Positions 50,365 through 63,810 of a stretch of 64,000 bases of DNA are shown in pieces (the first letter of the stretch is position 1; every line of letters begins with the position of its first letter). This DNA comes from Mobula hypostoma. Taxonomy: Eukaryota. A model generated the notes under the pieces. The model was not told the DNA's origin, did no database searches, and worked only from the letters and a program-made list of their open reading frames with translations. The stretch is from positions 74,216,001-74,280,000 of the forward strand of contig NC_086108.1 in the NCBI RefSeq assembly GCF_963921235.1, given 5' to 3'. The position numbers were made by a program, and so were the translations under genes.

Positions 50365-51540
50365 CGCTGGATCCCAGTTAATTGGGATGCATCTGGACCA
50401 ATATACTTTGACTAATTAAGCAGGTGCCCCAATCAGCCAGAGTTTCATGGAAATTGTTAAAAAACTATTAAAAAAGATAGACTGCTGTATAATTGAGTTG
50501 CAAATTATGTACTTAAATGAAATACACAGTAAATTTTAATACTGCCAATGCTATTATGGTGCGATAAAATTGTACATTAGTTCCTTCAGAGATATTGTTG
50601 GAGGAATTCACTGACGTGAATGGGGTGTCCAAGGAGGGTCAGCGTGCTGGTGATGGGGCTTGTCATGTCCATTCTGGGGTAGCTCACTCACCTTTGGAGA
50701 CACTCAGCTTTCACCTGTGGTTTCAAGTAGCTGTTTGCATGCGACAGTGGATACCCAGGTGAAATAGGGACATGCCTGCTCTCGCATGTGAAGTCAGCTC
50801 TGATGGACTTGATGGATAAGATCAACAGTGAGATCAAATGGCCAAGAATGCAGTTCTGCAATGCCTCATGGAGACTGAAGAGCATGGAAAGGCACACAAG
50901 AAGTAGTGGTTATCCACTGCAACCAAGGAAGACCCCAGTTTGAGATGACAACTTGTACTACTGGACCTGGACTTGCAAAGTTGGGAGAGTGGAATTTTCC
51001 CAGTACAATGGCTTTTCCACTTTAAAAACTCTTGGGCACAGGTTTCACTGTCATTGTTGGATACAATGGACAACCAACATGCCGCTGTGTTCTTTTGCTT
51101 GACTGTAAATGAACAAAATTAGTGCAGACACCTAACACAGATAGTGGATTGCCTTCACACAATGCTTTCTATGATTGCATTCACCAAATCTTCATTTTCA
51201 TTGTAACATTCAATATGATTGTCAGTACCTTCAAATTCATTGTAGTTCCTCGCTTGTTGAAATAGTGAAATTGTTCCATTTTCACTCTTGGCCATTTTGG
51301 GTGTCTTCAATCCTGAATGCTTGAAACTGCAGTCAGCAAAACAATTCTAAATTGTCTTGCTGCTTATTTCTCAACAACAATCAGTGACAAAAATCACTGC
51401 TTTTTGAAGACAAACACATACAAATGGTGCTATAAAGTGGCATAGAGTCCCAAAATAAACAGAAGGAATCCTGGCTATTCTCAATTTGTTTTTGTTCTGT
51501 AAGAGTTGTTCCAAATGGACTAACTACCTAGATTCCACTG
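50365..51540. mobile_element. Tigger-type non-autonomous element, interrupted at ~50620-51068 by an unidentified short retroposon
   Basis: ta|cgctggatcccagttaattggg ... gattccactg; related copy at ~58070-58405 ending cccaattaaccagaatctattg|ta. Confidence 0.6.
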
Positions 51541-51541
51541 A

Positions 51542-51545
<4 letters not shown>

Positions 51546-51581
<36 letters not shown>
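51546..51581. repeat. (GT)n microsatellite
   Basis: Direct observation. Confidence 0.95.
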
Positions 51582-51585
<4 letters not shown>

Positions 51586-53924
51586 ATCAGTACAAACTGG
51601 AAGAGATGTTACAGGGCAAAATAAAGTGAAATTTCATTTACCCACAAGTAACCTTGTTTGACCAACTATATCTAGAAGTCAGCTATTTTTCTTGAGAGTC
51701 AAGAGCCCTTTGGATGGATTGTTGTGACTTGCATACTGAATATTGAAGCAATCAAGGTAGTCAGACTGGTTCTCAATTTAAAAATGATATTAATTATATT
51801 ATAAAATTGTGGCACATTGGATTGTATAGCATGGAGAAAGGATATTTGCTCCATATCTCTGCCAACCCATTGAAACAACTATCCATTTGGACCCATTGTG
51901 CTGCCCGTTATTTGTTACATTTCAGTTTTATTTCATTCGTATGTGTTCTGTTCTCTTCTATTTTGTGTATATTAACATGGAATCTGTTTTCTGTTTATTA
52001 CAGACTGACAATTTAATGCTAATAAAAATACTTTGACTTTCCCCTAGATTTTCCAGTTTGATTACTGACCGTCTTGGCAAATTTAGGAATTATTCAGTCG
52101 CAACTTTATTCATACTGTGCATAAAGTTGAATATCTCTTAAGTCTCCCCATAGTCTTTTAACTACTTCAAGAAGAACAATCTCTGTCGTCCAGTCTCTCC
52201 ACAAAAATGAAGTTCTTTATGGCTGAATAAATTTGGTAAATATCTTCTGCTCCCTCTGCAGGGTATGAATATCTTTCCTTTAATCAGTGTCCAGATTGAA
52301 CTCTAGACACCAAAAGAATAACAAAAATATATCTGCTTATGTAAATTATTTATCTTTCAAAAGCCACAGATCATATTTCATTTTTTAAATCAGTTTAACT
52401 TGTTTTGCCACCTCATAAAATTGGAAGATGTTAATCAATGTTCCTGCAACTTTTAAAAATTGTTTTGTTTCATCTGTTTATTTCCCTCTTTTATTCCTAA
52501 TTTTAACCCTCTAGCATTAAATTGTTTGCTGTAGTTTGCAAGTGTTCCTGCTGCACTATTGCTGATTATGGTTACAAAATTTGTCATCTGCTAACATGAA
52601 CTTGTGCGGTGATTCTAATGTGACCACTCATTTTGACCACTGAGATTTACCCTCCAATCTGAAAACAGGAATTTACTACAATGCTCTGATTTTTGTCTCA
52701 GCCAATCATGCAGCCATTGATAGTTAAATTCTATAAACTTAAAGATTGCTAATAAATTTACTTCACAAAATCCTAACGGGAAGTATAGACATTTCAACGT
52801 GTAGTTTTTTATTTAAAGAGAATCTCAAAGATGCTGACAATGTCATTCTTCATGGTCTGCTATTTTGCAGTCATTTCCTTTGGTTTTGAGGCAAATTAAT
52901 TGAACTGATGTGAACATTAAAATATTTAAAACCTGGTCTTATTGAAATAATCCTTGCAAATGTTAGATCTTGCTGCATGAAGTCAAAATGAGTTTTTCAT
53001 GGTGTGCTGAGCTGGACTAAAAAAAGTGTGCAGTACAGTTCCCTCATTAATAGACAAAAGGTTTTTTAAAAGTATATCTTATAACACTAATTCATATCGT
53101 GGTCAAATTTCTTTGGCCTAGTTTTTCTTCAGTGCTTTATAAAACACTGTAGGCAGCTTATCAACATTTTAGCTGATCTTGCTGAGGAGGCATGGTATGA
53201 TAAGCCAGCCTATCATAGGTACCAGATGACCAACTAATTGCTGAAGTGTGCATGGCCACAGCACAGACATTATTTACAAATGTTATCCTTTCCCCATTAA
53301 TCACAAAATGTGGATCTTCACTATCTTCAAATTTATTGATTCTAAAGAGCTTTGGTTTTGGTAATCAGATACTTTTCCTTTAATAAATGGATGTTATTTG
53401 TGATCTTGCATTTTTCACCCAAGCAGCTGTTAATTTTGGACCTGTTTGAATAATCTACAACTTTATACAATTTTAATTCCTTTATAGGTTTTATTTTCTT
53501 TTTTGGGGATTTCTGTGTAGCAGGAGATGATGTACGTGCAGGAATTTTGGGGTATTTTTGTATGATGTTTCAGATATCATACAGGTTAGTCATTGTCTGT
53601 CATTCATAATCGAAGACTTGAGGCTCTACTATGTAGATGTAACTATCAGTTTTTCTTAAAGATAATTTCTTATTTTAGCTTATTCATAAAGACCAGGCAA
53701 ACAACTTTTTCTTGACTTGAGCATGGACATTTATATGGGAATAAGAGTCATACAACCTGGAAGCAATCTCTTCGGCCCAATCATCCATTCCAACCATGGC
53801 AATATCCCTCCCAACCTGTAGTTCACGTGTGGCTTGCTTAATGGTATTGGTCATTGGCATAAAAAAGGTTGGGAGCCCCTACTCTAAATTTTTCCTCTCC
53901 ATATATTTATGCAAATGTCTTTAA

Positions 53925-54803
53925 AACAAGAGAAAATTTGCAGATGCCGGAAATCCAAGCAACACACATAAAATGCTGGACGAACTCAGCAGGCCAGGCA
54001 GCCTCTATGGAAAAGAATACAGTTGACATTTCCGGCAGAGACACTTCAGCAGGACTGGAGAAAAGAAGATGAGGAGTCGATTTAAAAGGTGGAGGGAGGG
54101 GAGGGAAAACACAAGGTGATAGGTGAAACCAGTGCGGGGTGGGGTGGTGGTGGTTGTGAAGTAAAGAGCTGGGAAATTAATTAGTGAAAGAGATGCAGGG
54201 CTGGAGAAGGGGGAATCTAATAGAAGAGGACAGATGGCTATTGAGGAAAGAAAAGGGGAAGGAGAACCAGATGAAAGCGATGGGGAGGTGAGGAGATAAG
54301 GTAAGAGAGGGAAAAGGGGATGGGGAATGGTAAAGTCGGGGGGGGGGTGGGAAATTACCAGAAGTTTGAGAAATCGATGTTCATGCGATCAGGTTGGAGG
54401 CTACCCAGACAGAATATAAGGTTGTGTTCCTTGAACCTGTGTGTGGCCTCATTGTGGCAGTAGAGGAGGCCACGGATTGACATATTGCAATGGGAATGGG
54501 AAGTGGAATTAAAATGGTTGGCGACTGGAGTTCCCACTTTTTCTGAAGGATGGAGTGTAGGTATTAGATCTCTCCCTTCTCCAGCTTTGTAACTCTCACC
54601 AATCAACTTTTTATATCACCCCCACCTCCTGGTTTCACATTTCACCTTGTGTTTCTTCCTCCCCTCCCACCACCTTCTTACTCTTGACTCCTCAGCTTTT
54701 TTTCTCCAGTCCTAACAAAGGGCCTTGGCCTGAAACGTCATCTACTCTTTTCCATAGATGCTGTCTGGCCTGCTGCGTTCCTCCAGCATTTTGTGTGTGT
54801 TGT
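53925..54803. mobile_element. Penelope remnant in inverted arrangement
   Basis: Minus pLTR plus GIY-YIG C-terminus ('PVANHFNSTSHSH..LGSLQPDRMNIDF'), then plus-strand pLTR at ~54570-54803. Confidence 0.85.
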
Positions 54804-57439
54804 CTTGAGAATGTTATTATTTTGAAAGAGAAAGAAAATAAACTTCTAATTTTGCAGCTATGTTCTGTAATCTGATATTTCAAGGGGAAAATATATTTTT
54901 AAATGAAAATTGGCAAAAGACAAAACTTCCAAGTTTCTAGGGGATTACTGGCCTGATGTGCCTGCCTGGAAATGCCTGTACTAACTCATATACCATGTGT
55001 TGATGCAGAAGCTCCATATTACCAGCCTTCAACATGCCACCATGTGTGGTCTGAGCAGAATATAAAAGTTGATAAAGCCCTTGTCTTGAAATTTCCTTTT
55101 GTCAGACGGCAAAACTCAGGCCAAGGCTTTGCGACATCCCAAAGCTCTTATTGACTTTTAACAGTTTTTCTGATATGTCGTGTAAGTTATAACCTGAAGT
55201 TAAAATAAATAATTAAATAAATATTTGGCAGAAACAAAATATACCATTCAGGTCGTACAGAAAAATTTTAGTTAAGTAATTTGTTTTCAAAAATTTTGCC
55301 TTGAAATTCCCGTTGAAATCAATGAAGTCTCGGATTCATTGCAGGATCTTATTTGTGAGAATGGAAATGAGAGGCCATTCACATGACTTAAGGCTGGGAA
55401 ATCTCAGTCAAACTGGAAATAAGACTTTGTACACACACAAACATGGACTTTTAGATCTTCTATGAACACATAGGTGCCCTCTGACCATAAGCACTTCTAT
55501 AATCCTTTTCCAACTCTCCCTTAGTACATTCCCACATGTCGATCCTTTCCTACCTTTACCGGCTCTTTCTTTTGAGTCTCCATATCTCTAACCTTCTTCC
55601 CCCAGTTCCCTCCCTCCTTCCCTTACCTCATTTAGGCCTTTTTCTGTCATTTTCTTGCTCCCTGATTGTCTTCTCCATTTGTCTGCATACTTGAGTCAAG
55701 GAGTGAGGCCTTCCAAGCTATACTGCTGCACCCTGATTGCTGATTAGCCCTGCTCAAGTGCACTCAAAATCCGTGCAGCTGTGCTACTCAGAGTTTGCAG
55801 CCCAGAACTTCTGAAATCCCCTGGAATATCTCAAATTTTTAGATTTTTATCCACATCTGCATTTTTAGCCCTCACTTTCCACCTGACCCCCTTGCTGCCC
55901 AATGTCAGTTAGATCAGTGATTCTGTGGGTGTGTTGTTGGCCCTCGCTGCATGATGTAGATGAATGAGGGCAGTATATCATACAGTGGGGCATGAGGTGA
56001 GTGGGAGCATCTCATTAGTCAGCATGTACAAAAGAACCTTAGCTTTTTTTTAACCAATGCACTGATGTTTTGCTGTACTGTTTTTAAATGCATGGGATTT
56101 CTTTGTCCCCTGTGATTCTCCTAAATTCTATCCATAGAGCACGATTTGGTAACTTTTTCATGTGTTGTACATGGATCTGTGCTGTTTAACTTCACTTTGT
56201 ACAAATGAGTTATTACAAAATACTTTTGCCTTTTTAAAAACATGTCAACTGAAAGCACCATTTGCCAATTTTTTTTGTGCTTGATGTCTTAAATAATGCT
56301 CAGTTACATAGCATACACTTCATAGTGACATGACTAAACCGAGTAGTTTTATCTTGCATCAATAATTGAGAAAATGATGAAATCAGTGATGGACAGCTGA
56401 CTTGAATTGCTAAAACACAGGTGATTTATATATGTTAAAAGGACCACAATTTTGAAATTTAGGACAAGTGTGTACTTTGCAAGCTGTTAAAGAGAAATAT
56501 TACTTCATGAGATGCAGGTAAGCTGGTAGAATGGACAGGTGTGTGTTGGCATGGCAAAGCAAATAATTCAAAATATAGGATTCAAATAAATAATTATTTT
56601 TTCTAAAACTTGTAAGTATCAGAACTTTACCTTAGATGCTGATCAATATGCACACTCAATACTGTCTGCTGACAGTTTCCAGATGACATTCTCCGCCCCC
56701 CCCCCACCCTGGTGATTTGGAGCTACTTCCCACATTGGACATGAGGATCTGCACTTGAAAGATCCTAGCATATTTCTGTTGCTCACTGGCTCTCAAAACT
56801 TTCAGATAGTTTTAAGTGTTTGTAATGTTTCTAATGGACGTGATAGAGGTGACAGAAATGTCAGATTTTCTGCAGCAACATTTGAAATAAATAAATTTAC
56901 ATAATTTATAAAAATTATTTAAATGTAAATAGTACTTAATAATTAGCAACAGTGAAGTATTTAAAACATTTACCTGCACTTTCTTCACAAGCAAATTAAT
57001 AGAGAGTGTTCATATACTATCAACCCCCGCCCCCCCCAAATAAAGCTGAGAATTGGGAATAAGTAAATTGTGTGCCTCTTCACCAAGTCGCTGCTTCATT
57101 GTTGACTCACTGGTGAGTCTAGCATTGGAAATGATAGTGGCAGGTGATGTACTGGCAAGTGATCTTCATGTCATTGAACTTGCCTACAAGTGTGGAAGTC
57201 TGAGACATTATGAGATGTGATTGGCTGGTAGCCAATAATTTCCTTTTGCTGGGTGGTATTGTTTCATGATTAAGAGTAAAACAACAAAAAAAGGGATTAG
57301 AAACAGTGTTCTTTGCTCGAAAAACATCACAAAGTACAAGTTTGCCAATTGCCAGTTTGAATCTGAACTTGATAATGGAGGAGACCCATAATTTACATAA
57401 GCTTAAAGGGGGAATAAATAATTTGGTTATACAGGAACA

Positions 57440-57785
57440 TGAACAGCAAAATGCTGGAAATCTGTATTAAAAAGAGAAATAACTGGAAAAACTGAATAGG
57501 TCATGTCGCATTCTTGGAAAGAGAAACAGTTAACGTTGCAGGTCTGGGACCCTTCATCAGAACTGACAGAGAAATGGAGGCACAAGAGGATGCAGCTGCA
57601 GTAATCTGGAGCAAAAATTAACATGCTGGTGTAACTCAGTTGTCTAGCAGTGTCTATGGAGGCAAAGGTCTGATTGATGTTCTGGGTCAAAATTCGATGT
57701 AGGATTTCGACTTGAAACATTGACCATCCATCCCCTTACTTCCGCATATGCTGAAACCCTCTGAGTTTCACCAGCAGTTTGTTGT
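57440..57785. mobile_element. Cluster of old Penelope tails (two minus, one plus)
   Basis: Hammerhead-like cagtt ctgatga agggtcccagacct gcaa cgtt aactg at 57527-57565 (minus). Confidence 0.6.
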
Positions 57786-58954
57786 TAGAGAAAAATGTAA
57801 TAGTTTTGATAGCAGAGAGTGCGGAGAAGGGCAATGGGTGGAACCAAGGGAATTTTTCTGATAAAGTGGAAATAATTCTGTGGTTTTGGTGGGGGAGGGA
57901 TAAACCTACTAATGTTATTGCTCAAGGGAAAATCTGGAAAAAAATTGTACCATGGAAAATTCTAAGGAGGCATACTCACCAAATCCATTGTCACTAAATT
58001 TAGTATGTTGTTTAGTATTCTGTTTTCACAATGTTGAGCATTATTAGGTCTTCTACTTTATGTATTTACTTGAACTTCCAAATGCACTACCAAAACTACT
58101 ACAATACTAGAAAATTGTGTTAGTTCTGAATAGTTATCGACAGAAGAGTTCATTCAGTGTGTACTAATGTGTTCTTTTGAATAACTAAATAAACAAAATC
58201 AGTGCAGACACCTAATGCAGATAGTGGACTGCTTTCACACAGTGGTTTTGATGACAGCATCCTCCAAATCTTCAATTAGGTGGCATAATGTCCCAAATAA
58301 ATGAGAATCAACAGCTATTTTCTTAATTTGTTCTTGTTCTTTAGATTTGTCCCAAGTCAGCGGCTTTCCCGATTAGCTGATGGCCCAATTAACCAGAATC
58401 TATTGTATTTGCTAAACAGCTGATCCATTTGAGGTAGTAGAGAGGTTGACCAATAGGAAATGACATTACTGTTTTTGGGTGAACTGATGACCTTATGGAA
58501 TGTGTTGCTGATGAAAGAGAGAAGAAATGGATTCTATGTGAATCCCAGATACTATTCTTTATTGACCATCAGTTTGTGTCCTTGTATATGCTGTTGTCTT
58601 TATCTTCCGTCTTCTTTGAATTGCTGACTTGGTTCCTAGGACAACTTTGAGAATTGTGTTTTGTTTGTAGTGGATCTATTTTAATATTTACATTCTGCCT
58701 GCAAAACTGCAAAGCATTTAACATGGGCAAGTGGTCCAGATTTGTATTTCCTGTCTGGCTCTGTTCTTGGACAAGCTGGAAGTTTATAATGAATTTCATG
58801 AAGTTCGATACCGCAAATTAGGAAAATAGTGATTTTATTTGTTCAGTTGCATTTTGAGCCATTTTAAAATATTGGATCATTGTTTATTTTAATATTAATT
58901 TTATGCTCCATGCTATTTCTAATAAGCTTGATTAGACTTTTAGCCACAGAAGTA

Positions 58955-59012
58955 CAATACTGTGCAAAATTCTTAGGGACATACATATGCCTAGGACATT
59001 TGCACAGTACTG
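58955..59012. mobile_element. Tiny Tc1-like MITE
   Basis: caatactgtgcaaa ... tttgcacagtactg palindrome. Confidence 0.65.
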
Positions 59013-59417
59013 TTGTAATTTTATGTATTGCACTCTACTACTGCTACAAAAAAAAACAATTTTCATGGAATATGTGAGTGATAAACCTGATTCTGATTTT
59101 GGTCTCTGTTGTGGACTGAGAGTGGGATGGGGGCAGGGAGAGGGGAATCATAGTTGAGAAAAGGGGAAGGGAGAGGATAAGGAGCAGGAAGTACCAGAGA
59201 GACATTCTGTAATGATCAATTAACCAATTGTTTGGAATCAAATGACCTTGCTTAGTGTCTCAGGGCAAGATGCGTCTTTACCTGCACCACCTCCCTACCC
59301 CTGGCACTCTGCCAGCTGTCTCACACCCCCTCCTGCAGCCCTCCACCTTTGTCATTCCCAACATCCTTTGCTCCTGCCGGATTTACAAACTTATTTTTTG
59401 CTTCACATTGACAAATA

Positions 59418-59484
59418 CAGTACTATGCAAAAGTCTGGGGCACCCTAGCCATATAAATGTGCCTAAGACTTTTCCACGGTACTG
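59418..59484. mobile_element. Tiny Tc1-like MITE (67 bp)
   Basis: ta|cagtactatgcaaaagtct ... agacttttccacggtactg|ta. Confidence 0.75.
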
Positions 59485-59574
59485 TAGCTTGTCAGTTTTA
59501 TTTCTCCATCACTTTAAGATTTGGTCATGAGTCCTATCTCTTTAAAAAAAAAAGTTCATTTTTTTGCAATGCCT

Positions 59575-60195
59575 TGTGTTAAATTCCTCAGCATACACAT
59601 CACTGAGAATCTCATGTGGTCTGTACATACCAGCTGTGTGATGAAAAATGCACAACAGCACCTCTTTCACCTGAGGCGGTTAACAAAGTTTGGTATGGGC
59701 CCCCATATCCTAAGAACTTTCTACAGGGGAACATTTGAGAGCATCCTGACTGACTGCATCACTGCCTGCAATGGGAACTGTACTTCCCTCAATCCCAGTA
59801 CTTTGCAGAGAAGTGGTGCGGACAGCCCAGTGCATCTGTAGACATGAACTTCCCACTATTCAGGACATTTATAGAGATAGGTGCATAAAAGGGGCCTGAA
59901 AGATCATTGGGGACTTGAGTCACCCCAACTGCAAACTATTCCAGCTGCTACCATCCGGGAAATGGTACCGCAGCATAAAAGCCAGGACCAACAGGCTTCA
60001 GGGCAGCTTCTTCCACTAGGCCTTCAGACTGATTAATTCATATAGATACAGTTGTATTTCTGTGCCATATTGACTGTCCTGTTGTACATATTATTTATTA
60101 TAAATTACTATAAATTGTACATTGCACATTTAAACAGTGTAACATAATAGATTTTTACTCATGTATATGAAGGATGTAAATAATCAATTCAATTC
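59575..60195 (+). mobile_element. Rex1-type 3' fragment
   Basis: 'KFLSIHITENLMWS..QQHLFHLRRLTKFGM..ESILTDCITA'; (caatt)n tail. Confidence 0.8.
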
Positions 60196-61034
60196 GCATA
60201 ACTTTGTGAACATAGTAAGTTTTAGTCCAGAGAGTGTCAGGATTTTGCATTTTAAATTATCCTTGACTTTACACACAAGTGGGCAAAATGGTACTAAAAT
60301 GATGAAAATAATGAAATGAAATATCTTTATTGTCATTGCATAGTACAATTTGTCATGCACCAATACAGCGAAAATAAGTTTGCAACTCTCATACTCAATG
60401 CTATAAATAAACAATAAATAAAATCAAGTAACCAGTCAGTACAAGCAATATCCAGCAGTACAAAAGCGCAACTCAGATGCATGATAGTCATAAAACCAGT
60501 ATTAAAGTAGTAATGTAACAAATTTATGGATGATGCTTGATCGATTGGTTCAGAGCAATTATAGCTCTGGGGAAAATGCTATTTTTCAGTCTGGAAGTGT
60601 GGGCATAGAAAATCTTATCTTATAAATACAAAATAGCTCAGGATATTTTAATACATTTTCAAGAGATTTTAATAAACTTCTGAATCATTGGTTATAACGT
60701 GTTGTCAGACTGCTACAGATCATTTTGAGGATATGTTGCCATGCAGTGTATGGTGCGACTGATGAAGTCCATATGATCCACAGCAGTCATTTGTTCGGGC
60801 TGCTCTGACATAGTGCATTCATTCCATGACAAATTGTTTCATGTCATGGAATGCACAATGCTACCATAATAAAAAGAAATAGCTTTTTTTTAGCATAACT
60901 TAACAAGATTTGAATAGAATGTACTGTTTAGATTATTGGCTACAGCTCAGAGATGGACAATATTCTATTTAAATACTGAACCAATTGAAGTAACTGGATG
61001 CAATTGTTAAATAAGTATGAATAACTAAAGATTT

Positions 61035-61275
61035 TGCATTCAGTTAATTAAATAAACTCTGGAATTGAAAAGCTGGTCTCTCAAGTTTTCCATAAAGCTA
61101 CTTCATCTGGTTCACTGCTTTTTCCTTTCATTATGAGATCAGAGAGCCTCAGCCTGGTGTAGTAAATTGATATAGATTCACAGCAGTGTCATTGTTGGTT
61201 AATTGCCCTTTCTAATGGCTTATCAGATCAGTCAGCAGGAGGGCAATGAAGGTGGGAAATAAATGCTGTCCTTTT
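61035..61275 (+). mobile_element. SacSINE1/DeuSINE-like ancient SINE remnant
   Basis: ctggaattgaaaagctggtctc..catctggttcact..cacagcagtgt..aattgccctttctaatggc..gggcaat..aaatgctg resembles the Deu-domain SINE as I recall it; not aligned. Confidence 0.5.
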
Positions 61276-61324
61276 GTAGATTAATTTTTAAAAAAATACT
61301 GTTAATTTTTATGTTGCATGTTTG

Positions 61325-62350
61325 GATGCTGGAAATCCAAAGCAACGCACAAAACGCTGGAGGAACTCAGCAGGTCAGACAGCATCTGTGGAAATTTATA
61401 AATAGTCGACATTAAGGCCCTTCTTCAGGACTGAAGAGGAAATGAGAAGACACCAGAGTAAAAAGATGGGGGGAGGGGGAGGAGCACAGCTAGAAGGTGA
61501 TAGGTGAAGCCAGGTGAATGGGAAAGGTAAAGGGCTGGAGTGGAAGGAATCTGATAAGAGAGGAGAGTAGACCAAAGGACAAAGGGAAGGAGGAGGGGAC
61601 CCAGGGGAGCTAATAGACAAGTGAGAATAAAAATATGCCAGAGTGGGGAATAGAAGCAGAGGGAAGGGGGAAACAGTTTCTCGTTATCACCATAAGGAGA
61701 AATCGATGTTTATGCTGTCAGGTTGGAGGCTAACCAGATGGAATAGGAGATGTTGTCAATTTTGTCGTCCTCCACTTTGGAAAGACCCGTCATAAATTAG
61801 AAGTCCACTTTTTTGAGCACCTCCACTTCATCTACCAAAAGCAGAATTTCCCACTGGCCAACCATTTTAATTCCTATTCCCATTCCGACATGTTGGTCTG
61901 TGGGCACCTCTTATGTCATGATGAGGTCACTCACAGGGTGGAGGGGTAACACCTCCTATTCCATCTGTGTAGCCTCCAACCTGATGGTATGAACATTGAG
62001 TTCTCTTTCCGGATCAAAAAAAAAGTTCCCTCCCCTTCCCTCTTCTTCTATTCTCTACTCTGGTCTCGTACCTCTTCTCACCTGCCTATCACTTCCCCTT
62101 GATGTCCCTTCTTCTTCCCTTTCTCCCATGGTCCACTGTCCTCTTGTATCAGATTTCTTCCTCTGTCACCTTTTCTTTAACCACCCACCTGGCTTCACCT
62201 ATCACCTTCAAGCTAACCTCTTCCTCCTCCACCCCCCCCCCACCTTCTGGCATCTTCCCCCTATTTTTAAAGTTCTGAATAAAGGCCTCAGCCTGAAACA
62301 GCGACCTGTTCAATGACTTCCATAGGTGCTGCTTGACCTGCTGAGTTTTC
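61325..62350. mobile_element. Penelope remnant in inverted arrangement
   Basis: Minus pLTR at 61325-61750; plus-strand GIY-YIG C-terminus (agcctccaacctgatggtatgaacattga) and pLTR to ~62350. Confidence 0.8.
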
Positions 62351-62399
62351 AAGGTGGGGGGGGGTGTCTGTGTCTCTCTTTGCTGAAGCAGCATTCGGG

Positions 62400-63058
62400 A
62401 CATTACTCATTACTCCATATTGAGAGATCAGCATCGGAAAGGATGAGCTGCTTCAACTTTCTGGGTGTCAACATCTCAAAGGATCTATCCAGGGCCCAAT
62501 ACATTGATGTATTCAGGAAGAAGGCATGCCAGTGATTCTATTTCATACAGAATTTGAGGAGATTTAGGTATTACCAAAGACTCTTGGAAAGTTATATAGA
62601 TGTACAGTGGAGAGCATTCTTCCTGGTAGCATCACAGTGGAGAGCATTCTTCCTGGTTTGGTGGATTGCAAAAGGCTGCAGAGGATTGTAGACTTGGCTA
62701 GCTTCATCACAGGCACAGCCCTCCCTTCCATTGAGGACATCTAAAGAGGCAGTGCATCAAAAAGGTGGCATCCAAAATTAACGACCCTTACCATCCTGGA
62801 CATGCCCTCTTCACGGTACTACCATGGGAGGAGGTCCAGGAGCCTGAAGAGACACTCCCTGCGATTTAAAACAAAGTTTCTTCAGCTATGTCATCAGACT
62901 TCTGGACAGTCCATGCATACTATCCTTTTATTTGTGTTTTGAACTGTTATTTATTTTTGGAACTTGCAGTAATTTTTGTCTTGTACTGTATTGCTGCTGG
63001 AAAGCAACAGATTTCATACCATATGTGCATGGTGATAAACCAGATTCTGATTCTGAAC
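62400..63058 (+). mobile_element. Rex1-type 3' fragment
   Basis: 'FNFLGVNISKDLS'; tail gattctgattctga; internal 30-bp-period duplication at ~62604-62657. Confidence 0.8.
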
Positions 63059-63427
63059 TTCAGCAGTTTTAGGATTTGAATGCATTTGTGCATAAACATG
63101 TAAGCTCTGAACTTTCTGATAGCTGTTTGCAAAAATAGCTTTGTCTTTGCTGTACTTCTGATAATAGCAATACCTCAAATTGCAGTATGTATCCACTACG
63201 TAAATAATTTATGCCAGGTTTAACCGAGCGAAAGAATATATTAGTCAAATGGCCACCAGTAGATGTGAAGGGTTTTCTTAGTTTTGGTTAACTTAAAAAA
63301 GGAAGTTTAATATAGTTTAAAGGGTTTAAGTTGTATTTTGTTTTAAGGAGTCATTTATTTTGAATTGTTTCTGAACGTTTTTGAAACTTTGCCTTTTTCA
63401 GAAACATTGTTTTTGACAGTTATCTTC

Positions 63428-63800
63428 ATCAGAATCAGGTTTATTATCACCGGCATGTGTTGTGAAATTAGTTAACTTGGCAACAGCAGTTCAATGCAAT
63501 ACATATTATAGAAGAAGAAAACATAGTAAATAATAAATAAATCAATTACAGTTATATGTATATATGGACTAGATTAAAAATCATGCAAAAACAGAAATAA
63601 TATGTATTTAAAAAATGAGGTAGTGTTCACAGGTTCAATGTCCATTTAGGAATCGGGTAGCAGAGGAGAAGAAGCTGTTCCTGAATTGCTGAGTGTGCAC
63701 CTTCAGGCTTCTGTACCTCCTACCTGATGGTAACAGCGAGAAAAGGGCATGCCCTGGGTGCTGGGGGTCCTTAATAATGGATGCTACCTTTCTGAGATAC
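63428..63800 (-). mobile_element. Rex1-type 3' fragment
   Basis: 'RKVASIIKDPQHPGHALFSLLPSGRRYRSLK'. Confidence 0.85.
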
Positions 63801-63810
63801 TTTTTTTTAA

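Noticed and set aside
53152..53218. Possible coding exon 'QLINILADLAEEAWYDKPAYH'
   Set aside because: Weak acceptor and donor (gtacca) and no recognisable homology
60760..60808. C/D box snoRNA (TGATGA...CTGA)
   Set aside because: Only ~49 nt between the boxes, imperfect C box, no terminal stem
60813..60856. Hairpin gtgcattc-attccatgaca / tgtcatggaatgcac as a pre-miRNA
   Set aside because: Stem too short and no recognisable miRNA; could be chance or a MITE remnant
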